The notes: a model not told the origin generated them from the letters alone. DNA of 64,000 nucleotides from Bilabrum cf. latius (GCA_965178125.1 OZ237762.1:372001-436000); one strand, 5' to 3'; counted from the first letter of the stretch, positions 24,364 to 36,991 are shown. Program-made: numbers and translations.

Positions 24364-26070
24364 TCAGGTTGCCTGCACCTCGGCTTTCCCCATGCTTCCC
24401 ATCTCCAGCCCAACGCGATCGTCCATATTCCCTCGCATGCGTGTTGCCCGGCCGTTGTCGCCGAGAGCTGCAATACTGTCACCATGCGAGTTCTCACCGA
24501 ACACAACCGGAGGTGGGTGGCTGAGTCTGGTGGCTTCCTCCAGCGACTCACCCGTATGATCCACAGTGAATGCAAGCGTCCAGAGCGCCCCTGCAAGTGC
24601 CAGTGCCGCGCACACATACAGAACCACGGCAAGACCCTTCTGCACGTCTTCTTCAGAGCTGCCATAAGCGTGCAGAAGCGGTTCAAGCCCCGCACCTCCA
24701 ATCACAGCACCCAGCTTGCCGGAGGCTGCGCTGATCCCGTGGCACGTGGCTCGAATGATGGTGGGAAACGACTCTGCTGGCAGGACGTACGTAGTTGTGT
24801 TCGGACCAAAGTTGCTAAAGAAGAACGTGGCCCCATATAGCGCCACAAAGAGGCCGTGGAGGCTGCTTTCCAGCTGCCCGAGGGCCATCCCGATTACTGT
24901 AAATAGGACACAAATCGCCAAGAACCCTTGCAGCTGCATGACCCTGCGGCCAATCGATTCAATTGTTAGCACCGCCACAATGTACCCCGGCAGAGCAATG
25001 CCAGCCACGATCAAGTTTCCTATCGCAACGTGCGAGATATCCTTTCCTCCAACGCCCGCTGCCTGCAAAATGCCGGCTGCAAACAGGCCATTGGCATAGA
25101 ATACCACGTCGAAGATGAACCAAGACCCACTCGTCCCAAGAAGCACCCACCTGTAGTCCCAAAGAAGCTGCCACCTGTCCGGAGGTGCATCACTCTTGCT
25201 GTCGCCGGGCTGCGACTCTTCGGCGTACGTGGCAGGTGCACCGGCCAGCCTGAGCTCTGCCTGATTCGTGTGTCTATTAATGGGGTGCGAAGGATCCTGG
25301 AATGCAGCCCCAGCCTCAGCCCCAGCCTCTGCCTCAGTCTCTGCAATCTCCGAGGTGTCCACTGCGTCGTAGCTCACGTGGGAGCAGGGGCTGCCCGGAG
25401 CATCGCGATTGGATCCATGCACAAGCGGGGCTTCGTCCCCTGCTGCTGAGACCTGATGCGTACTGTGCTCGAACGACGCGCTTTCTTTCATTTGCACTCG
25501 CCAGTAAATCGTGAGGAGGCCCGGGACACCCCCCAGGAAGAGCGCGATGCGCCACATTGCGTCGTACCCAAGGCCAGAGTGCAACAATGCAACACCTACA
25601 AGGGCCGCTAGCACATTACCGACGCCCTGCATAGCAAATACTGAGCTTATACTTCGTCCCCTGGTCTCATCGGAGGATGCCTCCGACGACACGCTCGCTG
25701 CCACGGCATACTCACCCCCAATTCCTAGACCGAGCAGCCCTCTCCAACATGAAAGCTATGCGTATATGCTAAAGGCTGCTGACTGGAAGGACAGGGCGCT
25801 TCCGAACGACCCGACAATGACGCAGGACAGAGTAATTATAAAAATTAGCCGTCGACCAAACAAGTCGGCTAGGTACCCGAACGTCAGCATTCCAATCATG
25901 GCACCCACCAGGGCAGCACTAGAGACCATACTCGCCTCAGCGTCAGAGATTGTCTGCACGCCCTCATCCATGATGCGCTTTGTAATGTTGATAATGAAGA
26001 GATCATACGCTTCGCTTGAAAAACCAATTCCAGCTATGAGTAGTTTAAATGCAGGAGAGTAGTCCGCCAT
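24364..26070 (-). CDS. Inorganic phosphate:H+ symporter (PHO84/PHT1 family, MFS), about 568 aa
   Basis: GIGFSSEAYDLF, GYLADLFGRR, WRGLLGLGIGGEY, VFAMQGVG, WFIFDVVFY, NFGPNTTTYVLPAESFPTIIRATCHGISAASGKLGA. One TAG at 25756-25758. Ends TGA. Confidence 0.93.
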
Positions 26071-26472
26071 GAAATGGATGTCGCTCGAAGCAAGCTTGGA
26101 ATGTCGGCTTTGGATGCAAAAACGCGACAAACGAACGAACGAATCTTAATTTTCGAGCAACGCGACAAAACTGTTGCACCTTCAGGGGAACCTTTTGACT
26201 TCGCCGTCGGCGCTTAGATTCGACCCGGAATCCCGGATTGATCGGAGCAACAGCAACCCCAAAAAGCAAACCCTGCCAGAACTACTTTCTTCTTTAACTG
26301 GTGCTCAGGCCATCCTTGCGATCGAAAGAGCCGCGGTGCCTCCAGTACACCTCCCACCTGCACGATGCGTAAACAGCCAGAATGAACCCTGCAGTGCGAC
26401 AGGTAGGAACACAGCTCGATGATTGATGTCCTTGCTCCCACCCTCGCACCTCCAGGCGAATACCAGCGGCAA

Positions 26473-27282
26473 TCAGTCGCGCGCCAAACCAGTGGCATCG
26501 CGGATGATCTGGTTCCGCACGACCGCCAGCCTGCCCTCCTCTGTGAGCACGGAGCCGCCCTCCACCGAGTGACCGGGGCACACCTTCCTGGCTCGCCGAG
26601 CCTCGTACTCGGCCTGGGACAAAGCCACGGGCTTGCCACCGCCTCGCATCACGTGCTGCACCCGCCTGTAGATGTGGGCGAGCAGCACAGAGCCGGGCTC
26701 GAAGGCATCAAAACACACGCTGACCTCGTCGCAGGCATGAGATCCACCTCGGCTGCCTTGCTCTGCAGCACTTCGCGTGACAACCGCCATATACGAGACA
26801 ACTCGGCATAGCTAGAACGCTTCATTGCAGATAATTGCCCTGAGTTGCTCTGTGGTCGCAATCCGGCCGTACGACACGGCGCCGCAGCAGTACACGGTGG
26901 CAAGCTACGTCCCTACTCCCCTCGAAACCCACAGGCTTTGAGAGTGTACTATCCCACGCATGGTGGCAATACATGTGATACAACCAATGCCTCCAATGCT
27001 TCCAATGCTCGCGACAGCTCCGAGAGGAGGTAGCCATGCAGAGAAGTGCGCCAGGAAGCCCCAGCTAGCAGCCGCACCTATTGCCGCAGAAAGCATGCAA
27101 ACAAGTAGTAAACAGTACATACATACCAGCATGCTGGCAACCGCCCGAAGTCGACACTTGCTGAACTCCATCGCAACCTCGATGCTAGAGTCGCCTTGTG
27201 ATACGCAATAGTACGACCCAAATGCAGTGTTAACATGCTCTTTGACGATGGATTTTCCTCCAATAATCACGCCACGTTTCAT
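26473..27282 (-). CDS. PIGH: GPI-GlcNAc transferase subunit H-like protein, about 269 aa
   Basis: Two hydrophobic segments, then QSLWVSRGVGT*LAT...LRAIICNEAF*LCRVVSYMAVV...CFDAFEP...LAHIYRRVQ, resembling the PIG-H pattern (ExLLxIxxLGIQ...DIVINE...VxYYL...VF...P...VYR). TAGs at 26905 and 26812. Ends TGA. Start uncertain. Confidence 0.75.
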
Positions 27283-27619
27283 TTCATGCTCCCAACATAT
27301 TGAATCGAGCTGTAGTTGCTTTTTTGCCGGCGCTGCCTCTTTGAAAAGGAGAATCAATCCCGATCAATGCATTTTCGAAGACGAATCATCTAGGAAAGCT
27401 TCACAAACCAGCAAACTTCTGACTGATTCACGATTTATGGTTTGATTTTTGTGAAAAATCTGCTCAGATACATGTCAAGCAGCATCAAAATGCCAATCAG
27501 TATCGCAAACAGCGTTGACACATGCAAACCAACTCTCTTCAGCAATGGTTGGCTGCCCCCGCGCGGTAGCAGCACAAAATTGCGCATTGGTCTGCGCGAA
27601 TGTAGATGGCTGAGCCACA

Positions 27620-30600
27620 TCACACGATCTCGCTCGAGAAGCCGGCCTTGGCACCGGTGGCAGCAGCTGCTGGCCGCGCTTGATCGGCTGCACCGGCGCC
27701 TGCACCGGCCTTCTTGGCGGCGGCTGCCTTGGCGCCGGCATTGGCAGCTGCATCGGCCTTGCGGCTGCGCTCGGGTCTGCATAGGAAGCACGCGGCAGCT
27801 GCCGCAGCCAGGGCTACCACGCCGCAGACCGCGATGATGGCGATCACGCCGGTGCTCAGCGCATCATCGTCATCGGCGTCGTCAGGCAGCGGCGGCGCCT
27901 CTTCCACCTCGATGCTCCCAGACAGCGTCTCGCGTTCCACCACCGCGCTCGCTGCGTTCACCTGGATCGCCTGCTGCAGCTCGGCGGGTGCAGCCGCGCG
28001 CAGGTCGTCCACCAGGCTCCTCCTTGTCCCTGCTGCCGGACTGGAGGAAGTGGCAGCCACGTATGCCTGCAGCCCAGACTCAACCGCGGTCTCGTCTGCC
28101 CCCGCTGCGAGCAGCAAGGTGAAATCCACGTCGACAGCAGTGCCCTGCGACTGCGCCCGGCGGCCTGAGCCAGCAGCGGTCCCTGCCCCTGCTCCTGCCC
28201 CTGCTGCCACCACGCGGTCGATGGCCACCTCTTGTGCCCCCGTGCTGTTCCGGACGGCGCGCTTGAAGGGCTCCTGCAGATCACTGGCGAACTGCGCCGG
28301 GGTCACCCCGGTGATCTGCAGCTCGCGCATGCTGATGTACGTGCCCGCCTCGCGCACGGGTGCCACGCACCGCCTCAGCTCATTGGAGCAGATGAGCTCG
28401 CCCGCGCAGTTGACGGTGGCGATGCAGGCCCTTCCCTCGGAGCACAGAGGGCACGAGTCATCGGACGGATCGCCGCAGTCGATGTCCGATTCCTCACCGT
28501 TCTTGACGCCATCGGAGCATGTCAGCAGGTCATCGTCGTCCTCCTCGGAAACAGCAGCAGCCGCCGAGGTCGAGGTTGAGGGGGTCGCCGAAGCTGCAGC
28601 AGACGTTGATGGCGATGCGCTGGCAGTAGTGCTTGGGCTGGCGCTGGCCGTTGTGCTGGTGCTGGGGCTGGTGCTCGGGCTGGCCGTAATGCTGCTGCTT
28701 GGGCTGGCCGTAACGCTGCTGCTTGGGCTGGCCGTAACGCTGCTGCTTGGGCTGGCCGTAATGCTGCTGCTTGGGCTGGCCGTAACGCTGCTGCTTGGGC
28801 TGGCCGTAATGCTGCTGCTTGGGCTGGCCGTAATGCTGCTGCTTGGGCTGGCCGTAATGCTGCTGCTTGGGCTGGCCGTAATGCTGCTGCTTGGGCTGGC
28901 CGTAATGCTGCTGCTTGGGCTGGCCGTAATGCTGCTGCTTGGGCTGGTGCTGGGGCTGGTACTCGGGCTGGTGCTCGGGCTGGGCGATGGTGATGGCGCG
29001 ATGATGGCCATGAGGGCGGGCTCCTTGCCCATCCTGCCCTCATCCACGATCATGGCGACAGCGACCGTCGGATCCGTGGGGTTCGATCTGGGCACTCGGG
29101 CAAAGGGGTGCACCTTGCCTGCATCGTCCGTGTCTTTGCCAAGGTCGAATACCTTGCACTCGTTATCTCCCTTGAAGTAGCACACCACCACCTGATTGAC
29201 CGGGTCATCGTCGTTGTCCTCTGAGTTGCTGTACGGTTCCCAGCACACGGCCTCGCTGCCGATCCGGTTGATGCGCGGGTCTGCCAGCTCTGGCAAGAAC
29301 CTCGGCTCGCAGGTTACGTCGAGCAGCTCGCCCGACGGAACGTCCAGTCGAATCAGCTCCGACTACGAGTCGTCCGAAATGCTCCCCGACCCGCCTCCTC
29401 CCGGTCCGGGCTGAAGACGTCTCCTCCTGCTCGTCTCGAAGGTGATCAGCAGCACGTCCGTCTCGTCCAGCACGAACGCGTGCCGCACCAGATCGGGCAC
29501 GGTGAATTTCATCAGGGGCTCGTTCAGGCCGCGCGTATTCCACAGGCGGAGCACCAGCTCCTCGCCTGATTCCCGCTTTTCCATCTCATCGTCGTCGTCG
29601 ACGGTCACGTCTACCTCCGCACCCACCGTCACCGCGATCACCCCGCGCTCCCCGGACACGTCAGACACCACCCCGGTTCCGTTGGGGCCCTGGTACCATT
29701 CCCCCGGGCTGGCTCCCACCACCCGGATGTCCATCTTGACGATCTCCTCCATGGCGCCGTTGGCGTCAAAGTGGATCGCGCGGGAACGTCCTGCAAAGTA
29801 GGTCGCTGCCTCCGCATCGTCATCAGTGTCATCGTCCTGCTCGTGCTCAATGCCGAAGAGCATTTCTCCGGTCATCCCGTTCATGATAGGCATGGGGTGC
29901 CAGAAGTTGACCACGTCGTCGTCGTCGTGCAGCTCGCTGATGAGGTCGTCGCTGATGCTGCCGCCGTTCTGGATCTGCGGGCCGGCCGCCAGGTTCTGCG
30001 TGTCCCAGGACACAATATCAGCACCGCTGCCGTCAGTCTGCATCAAGTCGACGAAGAACCGATCGTACAGCACCGTCACCGCGCTAAAGACGAAGTCAGA
30101 GTCGTCTGTCTCGAATTGCTCGCTTGCCTTCGTGATGTTGGCGTCGGCGCCCAGGTCTGCCACCATCGGGATGTACTCTTCCTCCTCGTCGATGAAATAA
30201 ACGAACCTCCCGTCGCCCGCTGTCTCTGCCGCCGCGTCCCCGTCGGGGCTGAGCTCGACGTCGCCTCTGATCATGACAGGGGCGTGGTGTCCGTCAAAGT
30301 AAAAATGCGTGCTCTCATCGGCCTGCTCATTGTACTGCTCGAACAGAATGAAGCCGCGCCCTAGGCCTCTCTTGTAGTACTGCAGCCGGACGTAGTCGTC
30401 ATCGAACCCTTGGCTTGTCTGGTACGCAGTGATCTTGGGCGACTAGGGGTTCATGAGCGGGTGCACGGGCATCTGCGAGGCGAACTCGAGGCGGACTGCA
30501 CCGTCGCCAATACGAGGCCCCTCCGCGATGCAGGCAAAATCTATCAAGGTAGCGTTCTCGAACTTCATGCACAGCGCACCGTCGCCACCCCTGGTGAAGG

Positions 30601-32566
30601 CAGACTCCTCATCGCTGCTGCCATCCGTAAAGGACGGGCTCGGGTTGAACAAAGTCTCCTCCTCAGGTAGCCTGGCACCTGCCTCCGCAATGGCCGCGGG
30701 CCTGAAGACCAGGAGCTCCTGGCCGTCTGAGTACCTGTACTGCGTGATGCCGAGAGTGGTGACGCTGTTGGCACCGCTGCTAGTGCTCACGGAGGCGAAC
30801 GGGAACTCATCAGCAGAATCGTCGAGGCCCCGCTGGAACGTGCTCGCCGCGACGAACGCCGGCGTGTCCTCGGTGAAGCTGTAGAAATACATCGCGTGCG
30901 GGGTATCGCTGTTAGCCTCCTCGTCCGGGTTCATGTAGAACATCATGCCGTGACCCTGCCCCCCCCCTGGAAGTTCGTACTCGACGTGCATGGGCTGGTG
31001 GTCCGATACCGCCGCCTTCTCCGCGCCCGGAAGTATGTGGCCCAGGCCCGTCGCGCGGCTGACCAGCACGAGGGTGGTGGAGGTGGTGGAGGGGCTCGTG
31101 ACGTTCTGGATGCGGAAGGTGGCGTACTCGTCGCTCCACGGGGACAGATCCCCTTTGTTTCCACTGCTGTAGCTAAAGATGCCGAGTGCAAGCTGCCCTG
31201 TCAGGCTGGTGTCGAATGCCTGTCCGTCGATTGGCACGGGGTCCTGCCCCAACTTCCAGGTGACAGCCACCTCGCCCATGCGGTACGTCTGGTCGTCGAA
31301 GGCGAATGCCACGCCAACCTCCTCTGAGACTGCGTAAATGTACTTGACGTCGAAGTTGAGGGTCTGAGACGGAATCACGTCCTCCAGCTTGGTGATGGTG
31401 TCGGCGGGGAGCTCCCATGCGAAGACACCCTCCTTCACCCCGGTCTTGACGTACACGGTGCCATTGACGGCCGCAGCGATGATGTCAAACTGGTTGCTGA
31501 TATCTAGCTGGTCGGGCATCATAAAGGTGGTATTCTAGGAGTCCATGTAGCAGTGCACGTGGTTGTTAAACGAGGTGTCGTCTTCGTCACGCCCATTGTC
31601 CGAGTGCCAGCAGAGCAGATCGTCGGAAAGCACCGCCACGTTGCGCACGTTCGAGCTCGACTTGCGGAAGCTGGAGCCGGCGGCGTTGTCGTGCAGCTTG
31701 GTGAACGTAGGGCTGGATGAGGGCTCCGATAGGTCTGCCCAGAAGAGCTCGTAGTCCTCGTCCCCGTCGTGGCCCACCGTCACGAGGTATTTGTCGGCCC
31801 AGGCCCACACGTTCGCGTTCCAAAAGCCAGCACCGGCCACCTCCACGATTTGGTTGCCGGTCGGCAGCCGAGTGTCCCAGCAGTAGACCGCGCCATCCAT
31901 GATACCTCCATTCTAAGGTTCCATTTCAATGCCCACGCAGCGGACGGCTCCGTCCGCGAGGCTTACGTGGGAATTTGAATCGGGCATGAGTTTACGGCCA
32001 TCTCCTGCCAGGGTTGCCAGCGCGGTTCCCTCTCCAAAGGAATCGTTGAAGCCGAGCGGAAAGACTTCACCAGATGTGATGTTGACTGCATCCCAGCGGT
32101 ACTGCCTCCAGGCCGGGATTCCAAGGTTTGTTGGAGGTCGGCTCGCCTGTGTCACGAACTCCACTACATCTTCTCTTGCCATGAACGAGGCATGAGGGTC
32201 GCATCCGCTCGAGGTGCCTGGAGCATAGTCTTCAAATGGTACAAACAGGGTGTTGTCGTCGATTCCAGGTCCGCTGAGCTCGAGTTGCAGCGCGACGTCA
32301 TCATTTGCAGATTGTGACAGCCTAGCGATTGAAACCTCACTGCCATGGTTAGTGGAAACACAGCCCACCAGAGCCTACTCACGAACCTGAGTAAACGATT
32401 TTACAACGTGGTATACGTTGGGAGCTCCGTTGAAGTCGTACTGTGCTTGCAGAAGGGTGGCATTCTGAGGGCCGGTCGTTGTCTCAGAACGTCTGGCCGG
32501 CATGGCCCAGTGCGCCATCGTAGTGGCAACCATCAGCTGCATCAGCAAGAGCATATTCGAAAGCAT
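27620..32566 (-). CDS. Large type-I membrane/cell-surface protein, about 1,648 aa: signal peptide, acidic ectodomain, Ser/Thr/Pro stalk, Cys-rich module, TM helix, short tail
   Basis: Six ORFs in one frame joined across TAGs at 32375, 31913, 31535, 30443 and 29363. N-terminal MLSNMLLLMQLMVATTMA, then TCSDGVKNGEESDIDCG...C..C..G..C, then TM GVIAIIAVCGVVALAAAAAACFLC. Ends TGA. Confidence 0.8.
28682..28945 (-). repeat. 24-bp coding tandem repeat, 11 copies, encoding SPSSS(I/V)TA (mucin-like stalk)
   Basis: The unit gctggccgta(a)(t/c)gctgctgcttgg repeats on the + strand, with 11 peptide copies in the translation. Edges are approximate. Confidence 0.9.
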
Positions 32567-32759
32567 GCTTAGACGCTGGTAGCTTGGCGCAAACACTGGC
32601 GATACTGTCTGCAGATATGCTAGATTCTGCTGTGTGCACCCCCAACGCACGCGAATTCGCGGAACTAAAAGTTCAATGCGCGGCTAATGCGCGGCGCCGT
32701 AATGCACTGTTCGCGAAGATAGCCAGGGTCAAATCACCCCAGTCTCCCTATAAAACGTA

Positions 32760-34415
32760 TCAAAAACTAGAGAAATCAGCCGACCCAGCCGGAGAGGCAC
32801 CGTCGCCTAGAGCTTCCGGCCCAATCGGGGTCTCCTTGCTGAACGGCACCACAATGCGGCCAAAATCGCGCTCTCCCGAGCTGATCTGCTGCGCAATCCA
32901 CCCCACGTTCCTCGCCTCAATCAGCTTCAGCTTCACGTACGCATAAAACATAGCAAAGTGCATGTGTCCCTCGAAAGACCGCTGCAGGAGGTACATGTCC
33001 CGCCGAGCGAGCGCCTCGTGGATCAGCTTGTCGCCCGCCTCATTCCTCTCCGCCCGGGACCAGATCGCGCTGAAGCCCTTGTAAGGTGCCAGCGCTCTGG
33101 AAATGTCGTCCTCGGAGGCAGCTCTCGCCAGGTCCTCGCAGCAGCCAGGGTACAGAGGCCCGAAGCAGGGGAAGCACTCCCTCCGGATATCTTCGCGGAC
33201 AGCGGGCTGCGAGGGAGTGCCATCAGGTTGCGACGAAGGAGGGGAGGGAGAAAGAAAGAATGTTGGGCTTCCAAAGCACTCGTGCACAGCTTCAAGGAGT
33301 GGAGCACCCGCTGCCAACATGGCACAGTGCAATGCAATGCAATGCACGGCACGGCACGATTGGCCAATGCCTCCGTGGGCTGTCTCACTGCTGTTAGCTC
33401 GGAGCCCTCTTCGGCCCCACCGAACCCGACATCGTCGTCAAAGACCGATGCAGTCCCAGCGTCGGCTGCTCCCCCCCGGCCACCGCCACCGCCAGAGCGC
33501 CTGGCACTGACCGGGGTGGTGTTGTACGTGATGTTGATCTGCATGGCGGCGGCTTGCGCGGACAGGATGCAGTCCATTTGTTCCGCCGTCTCCCCTCCCA
33601 GATCCATGCAGAAATCCCTGAAATCCTCCATCCAAATTTTGCGAATAGCCGTCTCGAAGCGGTCAAGGCTCTGCTCGCGAATGCGGCTCGCGACGTCACC
33701 GCCAAGAATGACGCCGCTTTCCGCTGACTCTGCGAGGAAGCGCTCAAAGTATCTACCTACAGGGGTGTCTACCAGCACTGTAGCATACAGCTCCTCGATT
33801 TCTGCCTCGCTCGTTCCGAACGCGGTGATCGCTTTCGCTGTCGAATCGTCGATTCGCCCGAGGGGATTCGCCTGCTCCTTCAAAACTCGATCTACACGTC
33901 GTCTAAATTCATCTTCTGTGGTGTCAGCGTTTTCCGCTGCAAGCTTCAGCAGCTCCAATACTGTCGATATCATGTACTCGTGGCTCACAAAGTCCAAGAA
34001 GGTGGACAGTGGAGCACTGGCTTGGGATCGTAAAAAGTCAAACTCATCAGCTACTTTTTGCCTGCACGCTATTCGGACCCTCTTGGGGTCCTTGGCTTCC
34101 GTGGGGTTGTCTTTGTCTTCGAGCACTGAGCCGTAGTCGGTCTCCTGCAAGTTCACCTCGAAATCTGCGCATTGTGGGAGGTTGTTACAGATTGAAAGAT
34201 TAAGCTCACAGTAAACGCAAAAATACAGCGCATGATGTCCTGAAAGGGTATTACGGTAGCGCACCCTTCATGTCTGAGCACTCCTGCAAGCTAGCGTAGT
34301 CTGCATCAGTCAGGAATGTTGAGCGCAGACCTCGAACCAGAGCTTCTAAGAATCCGTGGTGCATATTAAACGACAAGTCGCCGAGAATATCAAGCGATCC
34401 GCCCGCAGCCGCCAT
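32760..34415 (-). CDS. ATP6V0D: V-type proton ATPase V0 subunit d, about 457 aa; exons 34415-34265, 34164-33389, 33206-32760
   Basis: FNMHHGFLEALVRGLRS.FLT..DY..L.EC, NLQETDYG, PLSTFLDFVSHEYMI, VLVDTPVGRYF, LGGETAEQM, INITYN, GPLYP, HFAMFYAYVKLK..E.RN..WIA. Two GT-AG introns. No in-frame TAG. Ends TGA. Confidence 0.9.
33207..33388 (-). other. Spliceosomal intron (about 182 nt) in V-ATPase d
   Basis: GCA|GTGAGA...pyrimidine tract...TCGCAG|CCC resolves the frame change between ORFs 33023-34264 and 32760-33347. The donor choice is uncertain. Confidence 0.65.
34165..34264 (-). other. Spliceosomal intron (100 nt) in V-ATPase d
   Basis: AAGG|GTGCGC...GCGCAG|ATTTC restores MK-D-FEVNLQETDYG. Confidence 0.85.
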
Positions 34416-35120
34416 GCTTTCTTGGTGAAATTGCTTTCAAGGCGGCGTTCATTTTTCATGCTCTTCTTCATATTTTATCAATTGTTAACATTGCTTGAAA
34501 TCGCATTAATATGTAGCATTCAGTAGAAAAGGTACATATGCATGTAATTTGTGGTGATTGGTGCTACGAATGAGGCGATATATACATCTGGGTCGACCGC
34601 CAGCGATGTGCAACTGCAACACGCACTGTGGCGCCTTTGAGCGTTTCCAGCGACAGAGATGACATACAAGAGCCTACACTCGACACTGACGTATGAACAC
34701 AACAAAAAGTACGCTGCTGAAGCGAATGGCGATGCACAAGCAGAATGTTGGGCTCCAAATTGGGATACTTCCTGCACACGCATTGCAATCTTTATAACTG
34801 CATCCGCAGGACCGAATCACAGCACTAGTGTGCTTGGTACAGGGTCTCCCAACAGCAACGCACAGCTATTGCCTGCTACTGGTATGCCTGGCTATGATTC
34901 GGTTGCAATCTCGGACCGGTCGCTGCCAGCGGCGGTTGCGAAATAGCTGCTGCCATCCACAACTGCTGTAGATTAAAATCGTAAGGCGCATCCTACCTTT
35001 TGCGCATCAATGCTACGCTGCCTCTGCATCAATGTGTCTCCCAGGATTCACCCTGGGCCACGTACCAAGCGTTCCCCACCGAGCTTGTAGCAAGGGACCT
35101 CTGCCTGCGCCTCTGTCAGC

Positions 35121-36788
35121 ATGCTTCGAAGCCTCGCCATGCCTCTGCTCGCCCTCATGCGCGCAGTCATGCGGGCACATGCATGCTCAATCGCTGTCGT
35201 TGGTATGGCTGCCGTTGCTCTCATGATCGGATACGTGGACTTCCAGGAGCAGGCCGTTCTCGGCAAAATCGCTGCTCCCTCCGCCCTCGAAGGTCCCACT
35301 GGCGCATCCGCGATTGGTGCCTCGGATCGCCACGGCTCAATCCGATCTAATCACCGCAGAGAACAGCATGCTGTCGCCAAGGGGGCCGCTGAAAGCCACA
35401 AGACCGCCTAGGAGCACCGCTTCGCCTCGAGCAAAGAGTCAGCGCTCTCCCGTCACGGTGTGTTTCCCGGGGGCGAGCTCACCCCGGCCCAGCTCGTCTT
35501 TAAAGTAAAGGCGCTGCTACAGTGCACAGATGGAAACCCTCCGGTATGGCGCCAGGCCTGGGGCAACGACTGCACCAATCCCGGCAACTTCGCCGCGCCG
35601 GCGTGCAGACAGGCGGCAGCCGCTGCAAGCAAGCAGCGCAATGGCGTAGCAAACCGCCCGGACGCGCACGACGCGATCGTGACATGGGTGCAGGGATACG
35701 CCGACAAAGTGAGCAAGGTGCTAGTTGACGCGCTGCATGTCGTCCAGGCCCCGAAGGTCCACTGCGGGGTAAATGCAACGGGGGATCTTGATGCACTCGA
35801 GGCGGGGCTCGCCGATGAGCTTCTGCCTGGAGAAGAAGACCAGTACAAGCTGGCTTTTAAGCAGCGGTTTCACGCAAAGCAGCAGGAATATGCGCAAGCT
35901 GATGGGGGGAACACTTTCTCGAACCGGATGGACTTGGGCGGCGCTCCAGAGGACTGGACGACGCTGCGGCAGCTGAAGCCTGAAGCCATCAACGGCAAGA
36001 CTCCGCTGGAAATCTTCGGGGCTTTCTCGGCCCTGCGACAGCACGCTCTCAAGATGAAGGTGCACATGCAGGGCAACCTTGCAGCCGCAGAGGCGGGCAA
36101 GATCACCGCGCACTACAAGCAGAAGGTCACGCAGTGCCTCGCTGCCCTGGGTGGAGCCCCCTACGACGTCGAGGGCCAGAGGGTCTTCGTCAAGGCCGGT
36201 GGCGCCACCATCGCCACACTCGTCACACCGGAACGCCTCCACATGACGACCAACCAGCTGGACCTGGCGGGCGATGTGGATCTGGAGGCCTTTGCCCAGA
36301 GGCAGGGCGTGCTACAGGCTGCGTCACCCAAAGCGTGCGAAGCCAGAGACGCACTCACCCCCCTGACCTTCGCCATCACCACGGACGGGGGACGTATCGA
36401 CGATTCTGTGGAATTTAACGGGTGGTTCGTGATGATCGTGGAGCCTAGCAACCCTAACGTTTCCCCCTTGCAAGGCTACAACAACGTGCACGCCTCCATG
36501 GCCCAGATCGACGACAACGCGCCGGATCATGGCCGTGATGCGCTGGCCGCATGCCACAAGGCGTGGCACGCGACAGCCGGCGTCCAGCTCGTGCAGGACG
36601 TGCAAGCCACAGTCCCGCTGAAAATCACCACCGTGAGTCTCGGTACGGTCGGTGCAGACGGGATCAAGCCCCCGCTGTCGATGGCGGTGGTGACGGAGGT
36701 GGCCGGTGGCAACCTGAACATTACCATGGGGCAGTTGGAGAATACGACCACAAACACCCTGGCCGGGGACCAGTGCGCGCTCGCGTGA
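35121..36788 (+). CDS. Orphan protein with an N-terminal hydrophobic anchor/signal, about 555 aa
   Basis: ORFs 35121-35411 and 35460-36788 are in frame across TAG 35409-35411. Strong GC3 coding pattern, hydrophobic segment ACSIAVVGMAAVALMIGYV, ends TGA. No family recognised. Confidence 0.7.
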
Positions 36789-36991
36789 ACTGCTGAGGGT
36801 TGCTGCCACTGCTGCTGATGCTGATGCGAGCGCTGTTTGCTGCTTACGATGGCACAGCAATGTGACAGCATGCTACGGAGGCGCCAGGGCCGCGCCGCGT
36901 TTGCGCGCTTCCGGTTTCACAGTGTTTGCTGTCTTGCGCTCTATCGAACAAATTGACGCTTTACTAGAAGCCAAAACTATTTCGCCCGAGC

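Noticed and set aside
22573-26907. TAG as Trp (A-to-I editing), pyrrolysine, Leu, Glu or Tyr
   Set aside because: The informative columns are conserved Gln, not Trp, Leu, Glu or Tyr, and there are no pyl genes here. U-to-C mRNA editing cannot be excluded from DNA alone but is less parsimonious.
28682-28945. CRISPR-like array
   Set aside because: Contiguous in-frame coding repeats without unique spacers, no cas genes, and a eukaryotic context.
34659-34976. Short + strand ORF between V-ATPase d and the orphan gene (extends to TAA if TAG is read through)
   Set aside because: No homology clue and a weak coding pattern. Losing one stop codon lengthens chance ORFs.
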